From an uncultured Candidatus Saccharibacteria bacterium (GTDB lineage: Bacteria > Patescibacteriota > Minisyncoccia > Phycocordibacterales > UBA918): 64,000 bases of DNA. How positions within the stretch are numbered: the first letter of the stretch is position 1; each line of letters opens with the position of its first letter. Shown piece after piece: positions 47,261-54,837 of the stretch. The notes under the pieces are model-generated. The model ran no database searches. It had not been told where the DNA came from and saw nothing but the letters and a program-made list of their open reading frames with translations. The position numbers and the translations under genes were made by a program. The DNA is taken from the NCBI GenBank assembly GCA_964353135.1, contig CAYGTV010000001.1, positions 18,696-82,695 on the forward strand. The letters run 5' to 3'.

Positions 47261-49504
47261 ATGTATTTAAAAGAACTCACAATCAACGGTTTTAAGTCGT
47301 TCGCTAAAAAAAGCGAGCTAGAATTCTCATCCCCGATCACTGCTATCGTTGGACCTAATGGTTCGGGAAAAAGTAACGTCGCTGAATCATTTCGGTTTGT
47401 GCTGGGTGAACAGTCGGTCAAGTCACTGCGGGGTAAAAAGGGTGAGGACCTCATTTGGGGTGGTTCAGAGAGCAGCGCTCGTGGCAATAGGGCAAGTGTC
47501 TCGATTGTGTTTGATAACAGTAGCCGAGCATTTGCGCTGGATTATGACGAGATCACCATCGAACGCATCGTGCATCGCGACGGTCAAAATGAATATAAAT
47601 TGAACGGAACAGCTGTTCGACTTAAAGATATTCACGAATTGTTGGCTGAAGCGCACATTGGATCGACTGGTCATCACATTATTTCTCAAGGTGAAGCTGA
47701 TCGAGTGATTTCAGCTGGCACCAAAGAACGTCGGGAAATGATCGAAGATGCACTCGGACTCAAGGTGTACCAAATCAAGAAAGCTGACGCGGCGCGTAAG
47801 CTGCAAAAGACCCAAGAAAACATTACTCAAGTTGCGTCACTGCGTCGTGAAGCCGCCCCTCATTTAAAATATTTAAAAAAGCAGGTCGAGCGAGCTGAGC
47901 GCTCTTTAGCAGTACAAACGGAATTAAAAAATGTATACGCCGAGTATCTGAAACGAGAAGATCTATATCTCGCTCAGCGATATGACGAGTTGATCACTAA
48001 CCTACGAGTGCCCAAATCAGAGTTGCAGACCGTGACAGAGAGTATTGCAAAACTCAAAGTTGAACTGGCTGAACTAACACAGGTCCAAGATACTACAGCT
48101 CGTGACGCAGCCGATCAAACCCTGCAGCAAGTACGAACAGAGAGGGTTGCTGCTGAGCGTGCCTTAAGCACCTTAGAGGGTCAAATTGCTCTGCTAGAGC
48201 GACGGATTGCCCAGTCTCAGCAACCAGCGGCAGAAGCGCCACAACTCATCCCTCGGGCGAAACTGCAGGCCCTGGTTGCGAGTATTAAAGCTTCAGCTGA
48301 AAAAGCCCTCAATCGTCAGGATGCTAGTACTGTAGAGCGGACATTGCGTGACGTAATTAGTCAGTTGACTCAATTTATCGATCGTGAAGAAGTATTCAAG
48401 GTTGATACAAGTGCGGCTGACCAGGCAGAGATGCAGTCAGTTTTGAAACAAATCCCAGCAGCCAGAGAAGAACTCGAGCAGGTACAGCAAAGGGAGGTCG
48501 AAGCAAGTGCGGCTTTGGCTGCCGCTCGTCAGGACTTAGAGCAGCAATCTAACCAGCATCACGAGTCGGAACGAACCTTGTTTTCACAACTGGGAAGAGA
48601 GCGTGAATTGCAACAAGAGGTTCGTTCGATTGAGACTGAATTACAAGTGATTGAACGTGATCGTGACGAATTTAAACGCGAATTACAAGAAGCCGTTACG
48701 CTGCTCGGTCGTGGAGCCTCAGACTATTTGTCATACGTAGTAAAAAACGAAGCTGGAGAACCTCAACCTGATGAGGAGATTATGTCAGAGGACCGGCAAG
48801 TACAGCGCGAACGTAGACGTAACCTAGAGCGACTCAAAATTCGTTTGGAGGAACTTGGTGTAGGAGCGACCGATGACCTGTTAAAAGAATACAAAGAAGC
48901 GCAAGAACGAGATGAATTCTTGGCCAAAGAAACCGCAGACCTTGAATCTTCGGTAGAGAACCTTAACTCTTTGGTGGCAGATATGGACGCTCAACTACAC
49001 GAGCAGTTTGTAGCTGGTATTGAAAAAATCGCTACCGAGTTTAACCGGTTTTTCACACTTATGTTCGGTGGAGGTGAAGCGAAACTAGAGCGTGTAAAAC
49101 TTAAACAGACTAGTGAAGATGACGAGGAAGCCGACCAGTCGCTTATCGAAGAGGGGGTTGATCTACACGTAGCGCTACCTAATAAACGCGTGAAAGGATT
49201 GCAGATGTTGTCAGGCGGGGAGCGAGCACTGACTTCAATTGCGCTTATTTTTGCGATGAGTCAGGTAAATCCTCCTCCGTTTATTATTCTTGACGAGACT
49301 GATGCGGCGCTCGATGAGGCTAACAGTCGTCGCTATGGTGACATGATTGAAGCGTTAGCGCAGAAATCTCAGCTGGTACTCATTACTCATAACCGTGAGA
49401 CCATGAGTCGAGCCGGAATCCTCTATGGAATTACGATGGGAAGTGACGGAATTTCAAAAGTGCTGTCGGTTAAGTTCGATGAAGCAGCTGCAAATGCGAA
49501 GTAA
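47261..49504 (+). CDS. smc: Short SMC chromosome segregation ATPase
   Basis: GFKSF, GPNGSGKSN, IISQG, LSGGE, LDETDAALDE, ITH; only 747 aa. Confidence 0.92.
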   Translation: MYLKELTINGFKSFAKKSELEFSSPITAIVGPNGSGKSNVAESFRFVLGEQSVKSLRGKKGEDLIWGGSESSARGNRASVSIVFDNSSRAFALDYDEITIERIVHRDGQNEYKLNGTAVRLKDIHELLAEAHIGSTGHHIISQGEADRVISAGTKERREMIEDALGLKVYQIKKADAARKLQKTQENITQVASLRREAAPHLKYLKKQVERAERSLAVQTELKNVYAEYLKREDLYLAQRYDELITNLRVPKSELQTVTESIAKLKVELAELTQVQDTTARDAADQTLQQVRTERVAAERALSTLEGQIALLERRIAQSQQPAAEAPQLIPRAKLQALVASIKASAEKALNRQDASTVERTLRDVISQLTQFIDREEVFKVDTSAADQAEMQSVLKQIPAAREELEQVQQREVEASAALAAARQDLEQQSNQHHESERTLFSQLGRERELQQEVRSIETELQVIERDRDEFKRELQEAVTLLGRGASDYLSYVVKNEAGEPQPDEEIMSEDRQVQRERRRNLERLKIRLEELGVGATDDLLKEYKEAQERDEFLAKETADLESSVENLNSLVADMDAQLHEQFVAGIEKIATEFNRFFTLMFGGGEAKLERVKLKQTSEDDEEADQSLIEEGVDLHVALPNKRVKGLQMLSGGERALTSIALIFAMSQVNPPPFIILDETDAALDEANSRRYGDMIEALAQKSQLVLITHNRETMSRAGILYGITMGSDGISKVLSVKFDEAAANAK

Positions 49505-49564
49505 CTTTTTGTTTTATCTAGCAGTTACAGTATTTCGGGTGTAACAAAAAGTGAGGTGATAATC

Positions 49565-49750
49565 GTGGCAGCTAATTCTAAAGTCCAGGTTGATAGTGGA
49601 GGTGATAATCCTCGATTCTCAGTTTTGGGTCAAAGCAGGCTTCTTCGTAGTCGTCTACCCAAAGAGGTAGACAAACAGCCAGAAGACAGTGGTGTGTCAC
49701 AGACTGTCTCTGTCAGGAAAAACAACACTGACTTGTGGCTAGAGTTATAG
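49565..49750 (+). CDS. Small hypothetical protein (61 aa)
   Basis: GAGGTG SD then GTG; followed by hairpin 49756-49785. Confidence 0.35.
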   Translation: MAANSKVQVDSGGDNPRFSVLGQSRLLRSRLPKEVDKQPEDSGVSQTVSVRKNNTDLWLEL

Positions 49751-49755
49751 CAAAC

Positions 49756-49785
49756 AGGCGCGCAAGGAAATCTCCTTGCGCGCCT
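49756..49785. terminator. GC-rich hairpin between convergent units
   Basis: AGGCGCGCAAGGA-AATC-TCCTTGCGCGCCT. Confidence 0.7.
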
Positions 49786-49803
49786 AAATCGTTTCGATAG
49801 TAA

Positions 49804-51738
49804 CTACTGAACCATCTCAAAATCCAACTGTCTCTCTTCTGCATCAGCTCGAACTAGTTTTACCTTTACTACGTCACCGAGTCGGTATACCTTGCCGGTC
49901 TTCTGGCCTTTGATGTGGTATTTCTTGGCGATGTGTTCAAAGAAATCTCCCTTGAGACTAGAAAGTTTCACCATCCCTTCACAGAGGGCTTCTTGCTCTT
50001 GGACATAGATACCCCAATCAGCTACCCCAGTAATGATGCCTTCAAACTCATCCCCAATCTTGTTCATCATGTATTCAACTTGCTTGAATTTGATTGAGTC
50101 ACGCTCAGCTTTTGTAGCTTCATTTTCTTTTTCCGAAGAGTGTAGACATGTCGTTTCAAGCGCTCCCAGTGCCTGCGGTCCGATGTTGACGCCGTCTAGG
50201 TGCTTTCGTAGTAGTCGGTGAGCTAGTAAGTCAGGATACCGCCGAATAGGCGAGGTGAAGTGTGAGTAGTACTTAAACGCTAGTCCAAAGTGACCGATAT
50301 TGCGGGTAGAGTAGATCGCCTTGGCCATACTCCGGATAGCAGCAGTTTTGATCAGGTTTTCTTCGGGTTTGCCTTCAACTGCGTGCATCAGTTGGTTGAT
50401 GGCTTTGGCCCCAACCATTCCTTTGTCGGTTTCAAAGTCGTACCCAAGAGCACGGACAAATGTCGCCAGTTCTTCAATCCTGTCTGGGTTTGGGTTGTCG
50501 TGGATTCGGTACACAAACGCCAGTTCTTTGTCGAGTTTCTTTCCTAGGTCGTTCACGTGTTTTGACACTTCACGGTTGGCGAGCAACATAAAGTCCTCGA
50601 TCATCATCATAGTTTCAGTTCGATCTTTTTTGTAGGCTCGGATTGGTGCTCCCCGTTCATCTAGTTCGAATTTAACTTCTGGTTGTTCAAAGGCAATTGC
50701 TCCGTCTTTGTATCGTTGGGTTCGTAGTTTTCGCCCGAGCGTCATCATGGTTGTTAGTTCGTCAAAATATTCACCAGCACCATCATCAAGGATTTTCTGG
50801 GCGTCTTGGTAACTAAACCGTTTGTCAGAGTGGATCACGGTTTGTCCGTACCACTCATCTACAACTTCTGCCTCTGGAGTCAATTCAAAAATCGCTGAAA
50901 AGGCCAATCGGTCTTCGTTTGGACGAAGTGAACACAGGTCGTTACTAAGGATCTCAGGCAACATCGGAATCACTCGGTCTACTAGGTAGATCGAAGTTGC
51001 TCGCTCTTTTGCTTCTTTGTCGAGGATTTCTCCCTCGACCACATAGTGCGATACGTCCGCAATGTGAATTCCAATAGAGACGTTTCCATTTGGCAAAGTT
51101 TCTATCGATAGAGCATCGTCAAAGTCTTTGGCATCATGCGGGTCAATGGTCATTGTTGTAACTCCTCGGACATCGCGTCGTTTTGGATCAGCTAGAGCGT
51201 CAGCAAAAATCTGGTCCTGGCGGTCGTACAGATCCTGGGCAGCTTCTTGGACAGCAGTAGGGAAATCAGTACCAAAACCACCAGAACGAATAATCGCCTG
51301 CATTTCAGTTTCATGGTCTCCGGCTCGTCCTAGTGTCTCGACAATTTTTCCAATCGGGTCGGTGTGCGGGCTGGTCCAGCTTTCGATCTCGACTGCGACT
51401 TTCATGTCCATATCGTTTACGTCAGTGTCAGGAAGCAGGGGACGGATGTGGATTCGGTGGTTATCAGGTGCAAGGTATCGCATTGGCTGGCCATCGACTT
51501 CTTTTTCTTTTACAACTCCGATCAGCTCGCGGTGCGCTTGGTGAATTACTTTCACAACTTTTCCACCCGCTCGTCGTCCAAGTACTGGTGGATTGATTTC
51601 TAATTCAACCATGTCACCATCAAGTGCAAACCCTAAATCTTCCTTGTTAACAATCAGGTCCTCTTCGTAGTCGTCATGCTTTACAAATCCGGTACCTTTC
51701 CCTCGGACAAGAATCTGTCCCTCAATAGTTGTAGTCAT
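49804..51738 (-). CDS. rnr: Ribonuclease R
   Basis: TIDP.DAKDFDDALS, HIADVSHYV, IEDFMLLAN, HFTSPIRRYPDL, C-terminal S1 domain. Confidence 0.97.
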   Translation of the reverse strand: MTTTIEGQILVRGKGTGFVKHDDYEEDLIVNKEDLGFALDGDMVELEINPPVLGRRAGGKVVKVIHQAHRELIGVVKEKEVDGQPMRYLAPDNHRIHIRPLLPDTDVNDMDMKVAVEIESWTSPHTDPIGKIVETLGRAGDHETEMQAIIRSGGFGTDFPTAVQEAAQDLYDRQDQIFADALADPKRRDVRGVTTMTIDPHDAKDFDDALSIETLPNGNVSIGIHIADVSHYVVEGEILDKEAKERATSIYLVDRVIPMLPEILSNDLCSLRPNEDRLAFSAIFELTPEAEVVDEWYGQTVIHSDKRFSYQDAQKILDDGAGEYFDELTTMMTLGRKLRTQRYKDGAIAFEQPEVKFELDERGAPIRAYKKDRTETMMMIEDFMLLANREVSKHVNDLGKKLDKELAFVYRIHDNPNPDRIEELATFVRALGYDFETDKGMVGAKAINQLMHAVEGKPEENLIKTAAIRSMAKAIYSTRNIGHFGLAFKYYSHFTSPIRRYPDLLAHRLLRKHLDGVNIGPQALGALETTCLHSSEKENEATKAERDSIKFKQVEYMMNKIGDEFEGIITGVADWGIYVQEQEALCEGMVKLSSLKGDFFEHIAKKYHIKGQKTGKVYRLGDVVKVKLVRADAEERQLDFEMVQ

Positions 51739-51958
51739 AGATGAGCGAAGTATAACAGGTAAGCCTTGTTTTTCCAGCTTTCTTTTTCTATTGACCTTTC
51801 TACATATTCTTGCATGAATAAACGGGTGTAGCGATTATTATGAATTTAGTTCCAAATTTACTTATTTCCTAAAGTAAATTTCTGGAACATGTCGTATTGC
51901 ATTACATTGGTGATTTAGCTATTGACGTGTCTTATTTATCTGATAAGATTCGCGCACT

Positions 51959-52411
51959 ATGTTAATGATGCGTTTACAACGAGTTGGTCGAAAGAACGAC
52001 CCTGCCTACCGTATTGTCGTTACAGACAAGCGGACTGGTGTGAAGAGCGACAAGCATGTCGATCGAATTGGCTCATACAACCCAAAACTGGGTACTATTA
52101 TTCTAGATAAAGATAAAGCCAAACAATGGCTGTCTCAAGGTGTTCAGGCGTCTGGAACTATGCACAATATTCTTGTGTCTGAAGGTGTGATTGATGCTAA
52201 AAAGATCAACGTTCTACCAAAGAAATCTCCAATTATCGACGAAGAAGCGATCAAAAAAGCTGAGGAAGAAGCAGCCGCAAAAGCAGCCGCTGAAGCCGAA
52301 GCAGAAACTCCAGCCGAAGAGGCTGCAACAGAGTCAGCAGAGGAAACTCCAGCCGAAGAACCAGCCCCAGAAGCTGAAACACAAGCAGCTGAGGAAGAGG
52401 TAAAGGCGTAA
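51959..52411 (+). CDS. rpsP: 30S ribosomal protein bS16 with acidic Ala/Glu/Pro extension
   Basis: RLQRVGRK..P.YRIVV.D.R, IGSYNP, WL..G.Q. Confidence 0.96.
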   Translation: MLMMRLQRVGRKNDPAYRIVVTDKRTGVKSDKHVDRIGSYNPKLGTIILDKDKAKQWLSQGVQASGTMHNILVSEGVIDAKKINVLPKKSPIIDEEAIKKAEEEAAAKAAAEAEAETPAEEAATESAEETPAEEPAPEAETQAAEEEVKA

Positions 52412-52521
52412 CCTACGCATCATCTTGTGCACCGACCGTACGTTGACTCGTGCGGTCGTGTTGCGTATTATTTTAGTAGCCAGCACATATTTTGTGTAAA
52501 GCTTATACATAACGATAAGAA

Positions 52522-52887
52522 ATGAATATGGATCAGCACGAAGATAAGCAATTTCTAGAAACGGTAGTAAAATCACTGGTAGATTACCCTGAATCAGTCA
52601 AAATCAATCGAACTGTCGACGAGATGGGTGTTTTGCTCACGCTCGACGTACACGCGGACGATATGGGTAAAATCATTGGTCGCAGCGGAAACACCGCTAA
52701 AGCCATCCGAACTCTCTTACGAGTAGTAGGGATGAAGCACGACGCCCGAGTCAATCTCAAAATCAACGAACCAGAAGGAGGACGACAAATGGACGAAGAA
52801 ACCGCACAAGTGATGCAAGAAGATAATGGTGGTTCAGCAGACGTTGAAAAAAGCCTCGATGATGCCATTGCTGACCTCAAAATCTAG
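52522..52887 (+). CDS. khpA: KH-domain RNA-binding protein (KhpA/YlqC)
   Basis: LVDYP, DMGKIIGRSGNTAKAIRTL; rpsP-khpA-trmD synteny. Confidence 0.92.
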   Translation: MNMDQHEDKQFLETVVKSLVDYPESVKINRTVDEMGVLLTLDVHADDMGKIIGRSGNTAKAIRTLLRVVGMKHDARVNLKINEPEGGRQMDEETAQVMQEDNGGSADVEKSLDDAIADLKI

Positions 52888-53020
52888 CCAGAAAAGTAAA
52901 ATCGACGAACTTCTTTGTCAGCTAATCGTAAAATAGTCTTCACCGTACACTTGTACGACTCAAACTATTTTTCTCAGCTTCCTCGAGTTTCATTCAATTA
53001 TACTTCTCTGGAAATGTAGA
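52883..53020. repeat. Long palindromic element after khpA
   Basis: CCAGAAAAGTA...TACTTCTCTGG outer arms; AAAATAGT/ACTATTTT; core TCACCGTAC-ACTT-GTACGACTC. Confidence 0.8.
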
Positions 53021-53080
53021 GATATATACAAAACAAGCGCGACCCTTCGGGTCGGGCTTGTTTTGTGCTAGAGTTTCAGT

Positions 53081-53347
53081 ATGAAAAAGGTCGCCATCAT
53101 CCTCAATACAATTGTTTTTTGCTTCTTTATTTTTATTGTTTTAAATGAAGGTTCAGGATTTGATTACCTCTGGGAATTTGTAATGTTTCTGATCGTTATC
53201 ACTTCGCCTTTGCTCAATAACTATCTATTGATTTCATATAAAGAACACACTTCCAAAAATAATAAGGGATATATCGCTACATATATTGAACGAAAGAAAC
53301 TTGAGGAAGAAAAAAAGATCGCAGACCTCAAAAAAGACATTCCATGA
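53081..53347 (+). CDS. AT-rich small two-TM hypothetical protein
   Basis: Two hydrophobic helices and a charged tail; stop overlaps the trmD start. Confidence 0.65.
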   Translation: MKKVAIILNTIVFCFFIFIVLNEGSGFDYLWEFVMFLIVITSPLLNNYLLISYKEHTSKNNKGYIATYIERKKLEEEKKIADLKKDIP

Positions 53348-54021
53348 ACTTCCACGTCATCACATTATTCCCAGACATCTGTAAAGCGTATACTGACGCG
53401 AGTGTTTTAGGCCGGGCGCAGAAGACTGACAAAGGGAAAGGGGCCAAGGTGCGTGGGAAGAAGATCGATGTTAGTTACTACAACCCACGAGACTTTGCGA
53501 ACAACAAACACAAAAAGGTGGATGATAAACCATATGGTGGTGGTCCAGGGATGGTGATGGCTGCAGAGCCAGTCCTCAAAGCCTGGCAAAAAGCAGTGGG
53601 GAGGAAGAAGGACCAAAAGAAGGTGAAGACACTTATTATGTCTCCTCGTGGGACAGTATTTACCCAAGAGTTGGCGAAACAGTACGCTAAAAAATACGAT
53701 CACTTAGTGCTGATTTCAGGACGGTATGAAGGAATCGATGCTCGGGTAAAAACAGCGCTCAAAGCAGAGGAGGTAAGCGTGGGTGACTACATCCTCACCG
53801 GGGGCGAACTACCAGCTCTTACAATCATCGACAGTGTCTCACGCCAGGTGCCTGGCGTGCTTGGTGACATCGATTCGCTCGAAGATGACCGAAACACAAT
53901 CGGTGAATGCTACACACGCCCAGAAACAATTGAATTTAAGAAAAAGAAATATAAGGTTCCTGAGGTTTTTTTAGGAGGGAACCATGCTGAAATTGAACGT
54001 TGGCGTTCTGGGGAGAAATAA
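53344..54021 (+). CDS. trmD: tRNA (guanine37-N1)-methyltransferase
   Basis: ITLFP, VDDKPYGGGPGMVM, GRYEGID.R, S.GDYILTGGELPA, YTRP. Confidence 0.97.
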   Translation: MNFHVITLFPDICKAYTDASVLGRAQKTDKGKGAKVRGKKIDVSYYNPRDFANNKHKKVDDKPYGGGPGMVMAAEPVLKAWQKAVGRKKDQKKVKTLIMSPRGTVFTQELAKQYAKKYDHLVLISGRYEGIDARVKTALKAEEVSVGDYILTGGELPALTIIDSVSRQVPGVLGDIDSLEDDRNTIGECYTRPETIEFKKKKYKVPEVFLGGNHAEIERWRSGEK

Positions 54022-54080
54022 TCAGACAGTAGAAAGAGCGACCTAGCGGGTCGCCCTTTGTTCTGTGTGTCAATCAAAAC

Positions 54081-54446
54081 TTAGCTCTCGATACCACACT
54101 CTACTGAGAAAAACTCTTCAAGTGTGTCGTAATGCTTAACGTTTTTATGTTCAACAGCAGTTAGTGAACCTTCTAGAGGTCCAACATAGAAAAGCTTCTT
54201 ACCAAGACCGAAAGCAATTCCAAATTCTGCCCAAGCGCCTTTTTGGACATCTCCAGGCTCTGAATACAGCAAAAGTCCTTCAGACCCTTGTATATCTCTC
54301 AGGATATTGTCCCAGTGTCCAGTCTGATCAGTCAAACGACCTTGATCAAATTTATCTAACCAGCTTGAGGTCACCTCAACGCCCCGACTCTTCCAGTCCA
54401 TCCAGATGGGCGCATGTTTGCTTTTTGATGCACAGTATACTTTCAT
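54081..54446 (-). CDS. Nucleoside 2-deoxyribosyltransferase-like protein
   Basis: MKVYCAS, G.EVTSSW, DI..S..LL, GAWAEFG.A...GK...VG pattern of the NDT/MilB/Rcl fold. Confidence 0.7.
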   Translation of the reverse strand: MKVYCASKSKHAPIWMDWKSRGVEVTSSWLDKFDQGRLTDQTGHWDNILRDIQGSEGLLLYSEPGDVQKGAWAEFGIAFGLGKKLFYVGPLEGSLTAVEHKNVKHYDTLEEFFSVECGIES

Positions 54447-54500
54447 ATTATTTCCCTAATTTAACTGTTTCAAAATTTACACTATCACTATTTTTTAAGC

Positions 54501-54528
54501 TTGCAAACATTTTGATATGCCGTATACT
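54501..54528 (+). promoter_or_regulatory. Probable rpoBC promoter (about 300-nt leader)
   Basis: TTGCAA-16 nt-TATACT. Confidence 0.55.
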
Positions 54529-54691
54529 GCTGTCCACATACGCAGTGATGCATTCTCGGATGAGTTGTGATTGGGAGATGTTCAAAGCGGAGGTATATTC
54601 ACACGTCAGTGATGTTTTTATTATTCCGATAGAACAGAATAAACTATACGTAAGCGCCTCAAGCGCCGATTTTTGTTTGTCTGTTTTGTCT

Positions 54692-54821
54692 TTATTTCAT
54701 TCATAAATTGGATGGAGGTGCGCTGGTTGCTGTATCCGGAGCGAGGGAGACGTGTCGAGCACACGGTGACCGAGCGACTGATGCAACACCAGTGCAGATC
54801 CGCCGATTTTGGAGGAAATAA
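54692..54821. repeat. Long palindromic element in the rpoB leader (core in opposite orientation)
   Basis: TTATTTC..AAATTGG..TGCGCTGG / CCAGTGCA..CCGATTT..GAAATAA; minus-strand core TCACCGTGT-GCTCG-ACACGTCTC. Confidence 0.7.
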
Positions 54822-54837
54822 TTAAGTCGCACTATAT

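Noticed and set aside
54164-54706. 180-aa plus-strand ORF upstream of rpoB
   Set aside because: Overlaps the NDT-like gene antisense and the probable rpoB promoter; no recognisable motifs
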